Below, piece after piece: positions 8,518-18,479 of a stretch of 64,000 nucleotides of DNA. Source of the stretch: Candidatus Thorarchaeota archaeon (lineage in GTDB: Archaea > Asgardarchaeota > Thorarchaeia > Thorarchaeales > Thorarchaeaceae). The position numbers were made by a program, and so were the translations under genes. The stretch covers positions 4,052-68,051 of the forward strand of contig JBHIAE010000010.1 in NCBI GenBank assembly GCA_046758445.1, in the 5' to 3' direction. Numbering within the stretch: position 1 is the first letter of the stretch; every line of letters begins with the position of its first letter. The notes under the pieces are model-generated. The model was not told where the DNA came from. It did not search any database and saw only the letters and a list, made by a program, of their open reading frames with translations.

Positions 8518-8542
8518 AAATCGTTCATGTTGCCATCCCAGA

Positions 8543-8776
8543 CTACATGGGCGCCGAAACCAGCTCATAGACCGTCCGTCGCTTGTCCTCGCCATCTTCA
8601 GACTCCCGGATTAGGCCCAAGTCCTTCAATCGACTGAGGCCGTAGTTTACCGTTCGTGGAGGCAGAAAGGTTCTACTGATCAGGTCCTGCCGGGACATCC
8701 GGCGCCTGTTCTTAAGAAGAACGTAAAGGAACTTCGCAGACGGAGGAAGAGCTAAGAATGAGCGTTGGGCAAACAT
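8543..8776 (-). CDS. Small winged-helix (MarR/ArsR-like) DNA-binding protein
   Basis: 77 aa. LYVLLKNRRRMSRQDLISRTFLPPRTVNYGLSRLKDLGLI...RRTVYEL matches a wHTH pattern. Confidence 0.55.
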   Translation of the reverse strand: MFAQRSFLALPPSAKFLYVLLKNRRRMSRQDLISRTFLPPRTVNYGLSRLKDLGLIRESEDGEDKRRTVYELVSAPM

Positions 8777-8922
8777 GATCCCACCTTAGAGTTGATACCA
8801 TGTTTCGTCTTACCTCCGTTATGTTTGCCGTGTCTGTACCTCATCTGCAAATAAGGATTCGCGTTTCAACATTCACAGGACCTGACGTAGGTCTTATCTC
8901 TGTTAAGACAGGTTGTTAGGTC

Positions 8923-9597
8923 ATGTACTCCTTTGATGCCCTCGAGATTATTGGTCATCGCAGCCTACCAGTTCCCAACACCTTCTATAGACTGGAAAGG
9001 AGGTCTAATAGACTTGCTTTGGTTTTCCCAGGACGAGGGTATACCTCACAAGCTCCACTGCTCCATTACACAATAAGCACACTGATTGCTGCAGGGTTCA
9101 ATGTGCTAAGTGTGAACTATTCGTATCTTCACAACAATGACTTTGAGTCACTCCGGAGAGAGGAGCAAATGAGATGGTTGTATGATGATGTGGAAGCCGC
9201 GTATCATGTAGCCACCAAGAAGCTAGATGCAGAAGTGGATGTTCTCATTGGCAAATCCTTGGGTACTATTGCAATAGGCCATTTGCTTGACAAACATCCA
9301 AGACTGTCACAGTGTAGGGTGGTATGGCACACGCCATTGATACTCTTGCCTGAACTCCAGCAGCAGATCAAGAACCATCACCCACAATCGCTCTTCGTGA
9401 TTGGCACGGCAGATCCACACTATGATCAAGATACGTTGGCGGAGTTGGTGGAATCGACCAATGGCGAGGCAGTGGTTGTTGAGGACGCGAACCATGCAAT
9501 GGAAGTGCCTGGAGAGGTCAATGACTCGTTGTGGATCATTGGTAAGATCATTGACAGCGTCGGGGAGTTTCTGGGGGTCACTGCTTCTGAAGGATGA
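8923..9597 (+). CDS. Alpha/beta hydrolase
   Basis: 224 aa with the nucleophile elbow GKSLG, then GTADP and DANHAM (Ser-Asp-His triad spacing). Confidence 0.65.
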   Translation: MYSFDALEIIGHRSLPVPNTFYRLERRSNRLALVFPGRGYTSQAPLLHYTISTLIAAGFNVLSVNYSYLHNNDFESLRREEQMRWLYDDVEAAYHVATKKLDAEVDVLIGKSLGTIAIGHLLDKHPRLSQCRVVWHTPLILLPELQQQIKNHHPQSLFVIGTADPHYDQDTLAELVESTNGEAVVVEDANHAMEVPGEVNDSLWIIGKIIDSVGEFLGVTASEG

Positions 9598-10936
9598 GAA
9601 TCCACTCACCGTGCATTCGTTCCCTCCGCGGGATACGGATGAAATGTCTGATGAGCGCAGAGAAGAAGACCTTATCAAGACTGAAACCAACATCTTCAGC
9701 TGTGGCAATCTCTGAGAGGATTTCGTGAGAGGGGACCTCAACATTGCGAATCAAGTTGTTGCCTATCGCCACACAATAATGCCCACCTGGTTTCAGCACC
9801 CTAGCCATCTCCTGAAACTGGAGCTTCATGTCCTCGAAGAACTTGTAGGTGATGAATGACCGTCGTGGGTCCTGGTCGAATATCTCCTCAAGAATCGGGT
9901 CCAGAGTTTCAACGCCAGAGATTTTGAGTCGTTCATATTCCCTCTTGTAGACCGTTTCGGTTCCGATGTACTTTCGCTTCATATTTGAGAGAGGACCCTC
10001 CTCCACGAGCCCGAGCCAATACATCTCGAGCTGATGGGTTCGTGGATAGTCGACTGCGTTTATATATGGAGGAGAGCTCACGGCGAGGTCAATAGCAGAA
10101 GTTCTCAGTCCAGTTTCCATAGCATTTCCATCAGGAAGTCGAACCTCTCCAACTCCCGAAGTCTGATATAATGTATGTAAACGCTTCATGCCATCAAGCT
10201 GTCTAGAGAGAGCTGAGTAGAATCTAGCAATAGTGTCTCCAGCACTGATCTTCTTCACGAGGTTCTTTCGTATGACGGTCCTGGTACAGTGTGGATCGGC
10301 ATTGGAAGCATCTCTGATTATCGATGAGAACACGACCTGCATGAAGTCAACGACATCACTATGATGCGAGCTGGTTCGGGTCACCCCTAGGTCGGTGAGG
10401 TCAAGATCGCATATACTCTCTAGAATGATGCCAAGCTCCCTGAGAACGAACGGACGAAACCACGTATCTCTATAATTGAAGTCAGGGATATGTGGTTCGG
10501 AATCACGAGCTCTTTCTTTCTTCTTGATGGCTTCCATCAGTTTCTCGCACGCGGATTCGAGCAGAAACTCCTCTATTGGAGTCGTTTTGACCTTCGTTAT
10601 CAGGCGTGCCATTGGGTCGATGTCAATTCCAACTGCATTTCTTCCTGATAGCATCGCCTCAAGAACCACTGTACCACTGCCGCACATTGGGTCCAGAACC
10701 TGATGATTCCTCTCAGAGTATCTTCGGATCAGATAGCGTGGCAGCTCGGGGAAGAACTTGGCTGGGAATTTGTGGATTCCATGTGTTAGGTAGGACTGGT
10801 CCCGGCTAATTATCAGTATTTTTGCATGATTGGGTATGGAGGTGTCTGGGTCGATGTCCCCATGAATCTCTAGAAGCTCTTCATCGCTGTCACTGGAACT
10901 ATCCAAAGGTCGACTGCGACTAGAAGGGGTTCCCAT
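9578..10936 (-). CDS. N4-C/N6-A type methyltransferase with SPPY motif (orphan; DNA target assumed)
   Basis: 452 aa. The AdoMet motif VLDPMCGSGTVVLEA is preceded by HKFPAKFFPELP (like HPAxFP of N6_N4 MTases). The catalytic motif DLAVSSPPYINAVDY lies ~200 aa downstream, so motif I comes before motif IV. No nuclease gene is adjacent. The 3' end overlaps the convergent hydrolase gene by 20 nt. Confidence 0.75.
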   Translation of the reverse strand: MGTPSSRSRPLDSSSDSDEELLEIHGDIDPDTSIPNHAKILIISRDQSYLTHGIHKFPAKFFPELPRYLIRRYSERNHQVLDPMCGSGTVVLEAMLSGRNAVGIDIDPMARLITKVKTTPIEEFLLESACEKLMEAIKKKERARDSEPHIPDFNYRDTWFRPFVLRELGIILESICDLDLTDLGVTRTSSHHSDVVDFMQVVFSSIIRDASNADPHCTRTVIRKNLVKKISAGDTIARFYSALSRQLDGMKRLHTLYQTSGVGEVRLPDGNAMETGLRTSAIDLAVSSPPYINAVDYPRTHQLEMYWLGLVEEGPLSNMKRKYIGTETVYKREYERLKISGVETLDPILEEIFDQDPRRSFITYKFFEDMKLQFQEMARVLKPGGHYCVAIGNNLIRNVEVPSHEILSEIATAEDVGFSLDKVFFSALIRHFIRIPRRERMHGEWILILQKQ

Positions 10937-11088
10937 TCAGATTCTTCTCCCAAGTGGACTGCGCACTGCTCTCTGTCTGCTGCTGCCCTTCACATAATAA
11001 GGTCGCCGCTCTCTTGTATGTCATTCGCGCGGAAAGCTCTCTCACCCTGATGGAATTGGGTTGAGAGTGAGGGCGTCCAAGGCATTCT

Positions 11089-12480
11089 TCAAACGCTGTC
11101 TGATATGGCCTTGTCGAGTCGATCTGCGACGTTGTCGATGTCTTCCTTAGTCATGATGTAGCTTGGAGTGAACCTTAGCACATTCTGACCAGCACCGAGA
11201 ATCCATAGTCTATGTTTCTGGACTGCATTCTTGAGAATCCTGTTCCGCAGCTTCGGAGCCTTCTCTTTTGACTTCTTGTCTTTCACAAGTTCGACGCCAG
11301 TCATCAGGCCGATTCCTCGAACGTCGCCGACGACCTCATGTTTGTCCTTCAGTTCATCGAGTCTCTTTCTGAGGTAGACCCCGCTCTCTGCATTCTTCTT
11401 GAGGAAATCGCCATCCTCGATGTTCTTCAGAATCCAGAGAGAAAGAAGAGACATCTTTGGCTCCGCGGAGAAGGTTTCAGAATGACGCGCACCTGAAGTG
11501 TACATTGGCGCTGGACCAATGGACGCACCCATCGGATAACCACCTCCAAGCGCCTTGGCCATCGAGATATAGTCTGGAACGACATCATGATTCTCAACCG
11601 CGAACCACCTGCCAGTGCGTCCCATTCCGGCTTGTACCTCATCAGACATGAAGAACCCACCGGCCTCTTTCGTGACCTCATACATGCCCTTGACGGCCTT
11701 GGCCGGAGGCACAATCAGTCCACCTTCGCCACAGATTGGTTCCATTACTGTGGCGGCGATATCATCACCTTCAACCTGTAGCGCGTACCTCAGTGCCTCA
11801 ACGCATTCCAAGTTGCAGTCCTCAACATTCTGACCGTACGGACAACGGTAACAGTAGGGATAGAAGACACGAATCACATCTACACCTTGTGGAAATCCAT
11901 ACTTGTGCTTCGAGTTCGTGGATGTAAGTGCAAGAGCATATCCTGTTCTCCCATGAAAGGCGGGTCTAAAAGTGACGAATCTGCGCCTACCTGAGATGTC
12001 CATCGCAGATTTCATACATCCCTCTACAGCGCGACTCCCAGACGTGGTGAAAACGACACGTTTCTTATGACTGCCGGGACTAATCTTGGCCAGCTTCTCA
12101 GCGAGCAACGTCTGAGGAATTGCATCGAAGTCCATGCCAGGGAACTCGCGAATGACATCATTGATTCTAATCTCAAAGTCAAGATACGGCTTATGCTGCA
12201 GTCCGAACGCTCGGACGGCCACTCCGCCCGTGACGTCAAGATACTCCGTTCCCTCAACGTCGTAGATCTTGACTCCTTTGCCCCTAGTATGGTCAAGACA
12301 GCCATAGACATCTCTGTCTTGAGTCGTGATGGCCAAAGCCTCAGCAGCTCTCTTCTTCCAATAGTCATTCGTCATCTCTGCGGAACCTATGTCTTCAAAC
12401 CCAAGCTCCTTGAGAATCTGAATATGCTTGTCATCCATTATGCTCACTTCACAAAGCGGTTGGGTCGCTCGAGGGTCCAC
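11089..12480 (-). CDS. Class III PLP-dependent aminotransferase (ArgD/GabT/LysJ family)
   Basis: 463 aa with DEVQAGMGRTGRWFA and the PLP-lysine context SMAKALGGGYP. The start may be an internal ATG (MDDKHIQ). Confidence 0.88.
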   Translation of the reverse strand: MDPRATQPLCEVSIMDDKHIQILKELGFEDIGSAEMTNDYWKKRAAEALAITTQDRDVYGCLDHTRGKGVKIYDVEGTEYLDVTGGVAVRAFGLQHKPYLDFEIRINDVIREFPGMDFDAIPQTLLAEKLAKISPGSHKKRVVFTTSGSRAVEGCMKSAMDISGRRRFVTFRPAFHGRTGYALALTSTNSKHKYGFPQGVDVIRVFYPYCYRCPYGQNVEDCNLECVEALRYALQVEGDDIAATVMEPICGEGGLIVPPAKAVKGMYEVTKEAGGFFMSDEVQAGMGRTGRWFAVENHDVVPDYISMAKALGGGYPMGASIGPAPMYTSGARHSETFSAEPKMSLLSLWILKNIEDGDFLKKNAESGVYLRKRLDELKDKHEVVGDVRGIGLMTGVELVKDKKSKEKAPKLRNRILKNAVQKHRLWILGAGQNVLRFTPSYIMTKEDIDNVADRLDKAISDSV

Positions 12481-12605
12481 TCCATTATCTAATTTCCGGA
12501 TACGGCGTAATCACTTCGTATTGAGATGACACCACAGAAAAAGATAGGAAAGAGCGGGCGGGAGTTCCCATACCTGCTCAATTCGATCGTATTCTAGTCA
12601 CGTGC

Positions 12606-12935
12606 CTACTTGACTACGTAGAGCAGGGCTCCAGTGATAACGAGTATGGCAGCAATGCCGCCACTCACAATCAGCATCAGTACTCCGAGAATCAGAAGAA
12701 CAACCCAGTTGTTGTCGAACTTCAGTGCAGGAATGTTGATCACACCGCTGGTGGCCAGCACAATCAGGGAAAGGAGAACTAGGATTATCCCCTCAACCAA
12801 AGCCTCAAGGATACCAAGACCCCACAAAGAGAGACCATAGGTTCCGATTCCGGCGGCGATTAGAATCCCGAATAGGAGACCGATAAGTCCCCCAAGGACT
12901 ACGAGTAGCTCGCCGATTTTCTTCAAGTTTGCCAT
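12606..12935 (-). CDS. Small polytopic membrane protein
   Basis: 109 aa with about 4 hydrophobic helices. It has a tandem neighbour of similar architecture. Confidence 0.5.
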   Translation of the reverse strand: MANLKKIGELLVVLGGLIGLLFGILIAAGIGTYGLSLWGLGILEALVEGIILVLLSLIVLATSGVINIPALKFDNNWVVLLILGVLMLIVSGGIAAILVITGALLYVVK

Positions 12936-12954
12936 TTCATGACATCCCCTTGTT

Positions 12955-13323
12955 CTAACTCTTAGTGATTACCAAGATTCCGGCGATGAGAATCATCAAG
13001 CCAGCAAGTGTTCCCGCGTTCATTAGCCAGCCGATGACATCAAAGCTGACATTGCGAAGAACAATGACGATAGCTATGAACCCGAATACCGCCAGAAGAA
13101 TACCGTTTCTCGCTACCCTCCAGTATACATACCCGGACGCATCGACGGAGAGAACGGCAATCAAGATGAGCGTAATCGCCAAGACCGTTTCTATGACGCC
13201 TTCGAAGTCCCCACCTAGAGCCTGGTTGATTCCGCCGATGAGCATTTGAAGAGCATACACCAGCAGAACCAGAGCGCCTAGGAGAGTGAAGCCTTGAGCG
13301 GCGCCTTCAGCTTTACATCCCAC
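12955..13323 (-). CDS. Small polytopic membrane protein (likely paralog of 12606..12935)
   Basis: 122 aa with about 4 hydrophobic helices and similar G/L/I/V-rich composition. Confidence 0.5.
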   Translation of the reverse strand: MGCKAEGAAQGFTLLGALVLLVYALQMLIGGINQALGGDFEGVIETVLAITLILIAVLSVDASGYVYWRVARNGILLAVFGFIAIVIVLRNVSFDVIGWLMNAGTLAGLMILIAGILVITKS

Positions 13324-13529
13324 GTTATCTTGTCCCCAAACAATGTTCTATGACACGGATATGTATTGGCACAAACGCCCACATCGTCTGACCCCGAGCA
13401 GAGGTAGAACAATGATAAAAGTATCGCTTCGCAACGACCAACCTTGAACGGTTTTGGACAGCCACGGGCGTAATACATAGGATTGTATTCGATGGCAGAC
13501 CACCTCTTCATGTACGAAAGAAGACTGGG

Positions 13530-14408
13530 GTGACCACAACGCGATATCCCACATATGAAGGGAGCAAGTCCTCAGAGCGCTCAGTAAGACTGGATCGCAC
13601 TGAAGGGCACATTGTCATTGAGGGGAGAGCATATCCCGCTAGAGAACTTGTAGAAGCGCTTGCGCAATCTGGATACACTGAACTGAAGGCAGTTGGTGAC
13701 TCACTCATGCTTGGCAGGAAACGTATAACTCCCATTTTCAAGTCTAGACAGGATCGAGCAATGGCCAGTGTCTGCCACGGAAGTCTGGCTTTCTGTTGTC
13801 CTCTATCGAAGAGATGTGCAGAGCGAGATCGTGCACTGGAGATGTTGGGCCTAACTCCCGATGAATATGGTCGAATGAAGAATGATGCACACCTGAGGTT
13901 CGTCGAGTCCGCAAGAGGGTTGTCCACTGTGGATGATTCTCCTACATATGACGAACGACGACACAGACTAGCAAACGAGCCCGCAGTAGACCGGGGTTAT
14001 GGCTCTGACGACTATCGCAGGGACTTTGATTCACTTGAACGCACTGTTCAGCCATATGGCCGACCATCTGAGAGAGTGACTGATCCATGGATGCGAGGTC
14101 GTGACACGTCGCATCCGCGGGACCATCCTTCCCTCTACACAGACAGTGACCAAGCAGACTCGTATGCGGACCTAAGCAATCTCTTCGTAGATGAACACAA
14201 GTCACAGGGTGGCTTTTCATCCGCACCAGCCTGTGATATTCGTACTGGTGAGAATGTTGAAGGCCTCGGTGCATTGTTTGCACAAGGCGAGCTAAGTCCA
14301 TTTAGTTCGGAATCTGATGGGAGAGAGAGTAGGACATTCTGTTTCTCCTGTGGTAGAACATTCAGGGCCGGGACAAAGGTATGTCCATGGTGTGGAGTGC
14401 CACAATAG
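13530..14408 (+). CDS. Hypothetical protein: Cys-rich N-domain, disordered D/R/Y/S-rich middle, C-terminal zinc ribbon
   Basis: 292 aa with a GTG track start. It contains CHGSLAFCCPLSKRCAERD and the terminal FCFSCGRTFRAGTKVCPWCGVPQ. I recognise no family. Confidence 0.45.
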   Translation: MTTTRYPTYEGSKSSERSVRLDRTEGHIVIEGRAYPARELVEALAQSGYTELKAVGDSLMLGRKRITPIFKSRQDRAMASVCHGSLAFCCPLSKRCAERDRALEMLGLTPDEYGRMKNDAHLRFVESARGLSTVDDSPTYDERRHRLANEPAVDRGYGSDDYRRDFDSLERTVQPYGRPSERVTDPWMRGRDTSHPRDHPSLYTDSDQADSYADLSNLFVDEHKSQGGFSSAPACDIRTGENVEGLGALFAQGELSPFSSESDGRESRTFCFSCGRTFRAGTKVCPWCGVPQ

Positions 14409-14415
14409 GACTGAA

Positions 14416-15447
14416 CTAGTAGCTACCTATCGCACTCTCGCGTCGGGTGGAATAGTCGCTTGGATAACTGAAAGTAGTGGCTATGCGATTGACACCAGCG
14501 TCTTTGGCCAACGCCTTTAGCTCCAGGAGCTGCTCGATTGACGTGACCCCCCATCGGAAGAGTGTGGCCATTCCACCACGGCGCTGAAACTCATTGGTGA
14601 AGTATAGAGATTCAATCAGCTCATCATACTCACCAGAACCTTCACTAGGCAGAATGGGACTCCATGGATAGAGATTGATGAGGACATTCCCAGTGATATC
14701 TAGGATGCTATTGTAGTCGTAGCCGTATTGACACTTGGCACCCTCGGAGAATCCTGTTTCAGGATCTAGAAGTACTTCAACCGAGATGCGCAGAGGATTC
14801 TCCCTGCCAACCTTCTCATCGGCATCACGTGCGGCCTCTTGCAGATGCTTGAGCCCCTGATTCACCTTGCCTGTCCGCCACTCGTGCCATTTGTCATGGT
14901 GCTCTGGTTCCTCAGTTATGTATTCATACGTCAAACGATTTGGCTCTTGACCGACCATGGGTGCAAACTCGTTCCTGCACCTCTCACAGAAACAGAAGTG
15001 ATCACGTATGAAGCCTGCACCGAAAAGCAGTATCTCATCAATGGGATAGGAGGCTAGCTCGCTGACAATCTCTGCGCCATATGCCCAAAACTCCTCTCTG
15101 TTCGGACATATCTGGTGAGGCATCACCTCGCCCCGCGGCGCGATCGTGAAGTACTTGGGGTCCTTTGCGAACCATGCATCCGTATAGAAGTCCATACCGG
15201 CAACAGTATGAATGTCCAGAGTGTTGGAGAGACTGATGAGTTCCTCAAAGAGTTGAGTGTGCTCCTCGTTCACAGGGGCTGTGCGGCTTGGATACATGGC
15301 ATGTCCTGTGGGTGCCTTTCCGACAATTCCAATCGATTCCATGTAAGACGCAAAGTTCGATATGAATTCCTTCGCAGACATTTCGATTTCAGTAGGTCTC
15401 AAGAGAATGAGGGGTTTGTGTAGGAAGAATTCCCTGAAATTAGGCAT
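14416..15447 (-). CDS. Hypothetical protein, possibly a TIM-barrel glycoside-hydrolase-like fold
   Basis: 343 aa. The CFCERCRNEF (CxCxxC) motif followed by aromatic residues recalls the zinc site of GH42-like and GHL families. This is a weak assignment. Confidence 0.45.
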   Translation of the reverse strand: MPNFREFFLHKPLILLRPTEIEMSAKEFISNFASYMESIGIVGKAPTGHAMYPSRTAPVNEEHTQLFEELISLSNTLDIHTVAGMDFYTDAWFAKDPKYFTIAPRGEVMPHQICPNREEFWAYGAEIVSELASYPIDEILLFGAGFIRDHFCFCERCRNEFAPMVGQEPNRLTYEYITEEPEHHDKWHEWRTGKVNQGLKHLQEAARDADEKVGRENPLRISVEVLLDPETGFSEGAKCQYGYDYNSILDITGNVLINLYPWSPILPSEGSGEYDELIESLYFTNEFQRRGGMATLFRWGVTSIEQLLELKALAKDAGVNRIATTFSYPSDYSTRRESAIGSY

Positions 15448-15576
15448 TTTGTCAACTCCGCCGGCAGTGAAATGTCTGCGGCTGTCCTTTAGCGTTTGAC
15501 CTGTTGTATGCTATAAGAATTTCTTCGACACTCCTAGTCGGGCTGGATTTGACTTAAGTCATAGCTGGTCTCAGGA

Positions 15577-18381
15577 TTAGAAGAACTTGTCAAGAGTAGT
15601 GAAGCCTAAGAGCTCCTCAAAGTCAATTCCAACGGAATCCAAGACCTGCTCGAACACTGAACGTAGTGTATCAAGATACTTCTCTTTGTCAATCCAATAG
15701 GCTCGATCCTGAGCAAGTTGAATCGGTAGCACTCCTCCGTCACCTTTCGTCTTCATGTATTCCACGATGGTCCCAGGGGGAACCTCATAGCCCGCATCTC
15801 TGAGCATCTCTGCAGCCCTTACATGCTGCGGCTTTGATAGACCATAATCTCCCACGCGTTTGGTCATCTGGACTCGGAAGGCGAGCTCCTCGGGCGTGTA
15901 GGATTCGGTCTTCTCTTCCAGGCGGTCAATGACAGAGTTCACTATCTCCTTGATATCTTTCTTGGCAGTTTCAAACCCTTCCTCGCTCTCGACTCGGCTG
16001 AGAACGTCGAGCATCTTCTTGAATGCACCCTGTACGAAATCGGGAGTATTACGTTTCTTCCCGCTCAAACCCTTGACTTCTACCCATCCGGACTCAAGGA
16101 CGCCGATGTAGTTCTTCTTTCTCTCAGAGAGGGCCACATACTTGTAGGTCTTCTCAACCTCAAGATCAATTCCGAGCTCCTCTTGGGACCAGCGAACCAG
16201 CTCCGACTGCTGTTCCTCTGTTGGATTGTCTAGAAAGACAGAGTCTGTGTCACCGTAGAGGACCTTGACTCCCATGGATTCAGCCTTCTCCTGCGTCTTG
16301 ACAATGGCATTGCGTCCATAGGCAGTGACACTTTCAGCTGCAGGCATGCAGAACAGCTCGAAGTGCTGCGCTCCTGTCACGCCATAGGATGCGTTCAGGA
16401 ACACCTTCAGTGCTTTCTCAACGACGCCGTACCAGTTCATCGTTTCTTCGCCGAGAGACTTGTCCTTACTCTTGGGCTTGAACCAGTTCACGCGAGTATC
16501 TCTGAAAAAGCCAATCGTCTGACTGATCATCCCCTTGCGTTCACTACACACCCAATGGTCTGTTTCGGGAACACGATTATTCGGATCTAGTTTGCAGGAT
16601 TCGTGAGGACAGTCGATTGTTTCATAGCTGATGTTGTGATGCTTCATGATTGTCGGGTACAGACTGGCAAAATCGAGAACTGTCGCTTTGAAGTGCACTC
16701 CCGCAACAGGTTCTATCACAATCGCACCCTTGAAGCTCTTATCCTTGATGATCGCCTCCGTCTGCGCTTCCGCTGACTTCACACTATCGATATCGACACG
16801 CCGAGGAATCAAGTATCCCTGTGACCTATGCTCCTGCCGAAACAATGATTGAATCCATGAGGAGATGTACAGTCTCGTCACGTCTTCCATTGAAAGGCGT
16901 GAGATTCGCATCAGAAGAACAATCAGACGTAGGAGAAGATTGTTGTCGAAAGTAGTGAGTTGTAGAGTCAGATTAGTATCACGCCAGCAATAGTGAGCAA
17001 GTTCGTGATATGGCAGTGAGGAGATGTCAGTGCTGAGCTCGAGCTTCCCGATACCGAGCAGACCCTTGGTGATTGATTCCAGATTGAATTGCTCGTAGGC
17101 GCCCGACAGCGCGTAAAGGCGAATTGAGGGATTCTTCAAGAACCGATACAAGTCGACGTGCACACCTCTCTGAAGCAGTGCAACATCTCTCCCTAGGTAT
17201 ATAGGACACTGCTTCGTCATGTCAATCCCAAGCCTCTCTGCACGGTGATACAAGTAGCTTAGATCGAATGCGTCCCCCACAAACGTCAAGACGATTGGAT
17301 AGCTATCGATTGTTTTGAACGCATCGACAAGCATCTCCTTCTCATCATCATAGAAAACAATCTCCATCTCTGGCGGGTAATCTTTGCTCTTCGGGCCCTC
17401 TGATATCCCCGCCCTTTTCAGAAGGAAGCACTTGTCGCAGCCTTCATTGTCAGAGAGTCCAATAGCAATCACTTCATACGGTGCAGTCCTCGCATCTGGA
17501 ATCCTGTTCTTCACAGGTGTATAGACCTCAATGTCAATTGCAATACGGCGAATGTCGGGTACTTCGGTGAACAACATAGGAGCATACTCAGAGATCAATC
17601 TCTCAGTGCCCTCTTCGGCACCAATTGCGCTCCTAAACTCCCTGAGCAGTTTCTTGTCAAGTTCGGGTGAGCTCGGAACGAGGCTTCCTTTCTCAATTCT
17701 GTAAGGAAGACCTGATACTATGTTAGTGTCATATGTGTAACAATTGCGATAGCGGATTGCGGCCTCCCATGCGTGACTAACGGTTTGGTCTCCAGAAGCA
17801 TCTACCAGACGGTCTCTGATTGCTCCAGCGGATCCTCCAATAGAGAGTGGGTCACTAGCAATCACCTTGGTCATCTTCACAGGTTCATCCCGGAGTAGGT
17901 CGGTCAGCTCTACCTCCTCTGAATGTACAAACCCACCGTGACGACCAATCTTCTGTTCCGCAATCTGCACTGGATAGTCGGTGTAGCAGTAGGGCTGATG
18001 GCCAGTGTTGTCAAACCAGAAGTAGATTCTCTTGTCATCAGGGTTGTAGAGCCTTGCGAACGCCTTTCTCTGAGCGCCTGCATAGTCAACAGAGAGGAGA
18101 TAGGAGGGTGCTAGGTCTTCTGGAGTTTCCCGTTCACCTACACGCAGCTCTGAAACAGTTTCCTCTGTTTCATCAATCATAACTTTGTCTTCGATTTCTT
18201 CTTCCTCGGAGAGAGCATTGTGGGATTCAGATGCTTGTTCAATCTGATTCTCCTTCGCTGGAATGGCTCCTTCTTTCGGAGGCTCCTCTGCCGGCTCTTC
18301 TGACTCATCGACCTCGGATGAGTCGAAAAAATCCTCAAGACTCGACTGGGAGTCGTCTTCGGGCCTCTTATCTTTCGCCAA
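15577..18381 (-). CDS. polB: Family B DNA polymerase
   Basis: 934 aa with Exo I (IAIDIEV), Pol motif A (DFASLYPTIM) and motif C (YGDTDS). The track start is TTG and gives a 67-aa acidic extension. The first ATG is at 18178-18180. Confidence 0.93.
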   Translation of the reverse strand: MAKDKRPEDDSQSSLEDFFDSSEVDESEEPAEEPPKEGAIPAKENQIEQASESHNALSEEEEIEDKVMIDETEETVSELRVGERETPEDLAPSYLLSVDYAGAQRKAFARLYNPDDKRIYFWFDNTGHQPYCYTDYPVQIAEQKIGRHGGFVHSEEVELTDLLRDEPVKMTKVIASDPLSIGGSAGAIRDRLVDASGDQTVSHAWEAAIRYRNCYTYDTNIVSGLPYRIEKGSLVPSSPELDKKLLREFRSAIGAEEGTERLISEYAPMLFTEVPDIRRIAIDIEVYTPVKNRIPDARTAPYEVIAIGLSDNEGCDKCFLLKRAGISEGPKSKDYPPEMEIVFYDDEKEMLVDAFKTIDSYPIVLTFVGDAFDLSYLYHRAERLGIDMTKQCPIYLGRDVALLQRGVHVDLYRFLKNPSIRLYALSGAYEQFNLESITKGLLGIGKLELSTDISSLPYHELAHYCWRDTNLTLQLTTFDNNLLLRLIVLLMRISRLSMEDVTRLYISSWIQSLFRQEHRSQGYLIPRRVDIDSVKSAEAQTEAIIKDKSFKGAIVIEPVAGVHFKATVLDFASLYPTIMKHHNISYETIDCPHESCKLDPNNRVPETDHWVCSERKGMISQTIGFFRDTRVNWFKPKSKDKSLGEETMNWYGVVEKALKVFLNASYGVTGAQHFELFCMPAAESVTAYGRNAIVKTQEKAESMGVKVLYGDTDSVFLDNPTEEQQSELVRWSQEELGIDLEVEKTYKYVALSERKKNYIGVLESGWVEVKGLSGKKRNTPDFVQGAFKKMLDVLSRVESEEGFETAKKDIKEIVNSVIDRLEEKTESYTPEELAFRVQMTKRVGDYGLSKPQHVRAAEMLRDAGYEVPPGTIVEYMKTKGDGGVLPIQLAQDRAYWIDKEKYLDTLRSVFEQVLDSVGIDFEELLGFTTLDKFF

Positions 18382-18479
18382 ATCCTCTCACTGATATTGT
18401 GAAATGACTAGCCCTGATAAGCACTTCCAATTGTGAGAATGGCGAACCCTTCATTAATCAGGAAGGTTCTGCTGCCTTC

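Noticed and set aside
9578-12480. Restriction-modification system around the SPPY methyltransferase
   Set aside because: The flanking genes are an alpha/beta hydrolase and a class III aminotransferase. No nuclease-like ORF (PD-(D/E)xK, HNH) is visible, so I call only an orphan MTase.
15577-18381. Intein in PolB
   Set aside because: The length (934 aa including the doubtful acidic tail) fits an intein-free family B polymerase, and motifs A and C are contiguous with normal spacing.
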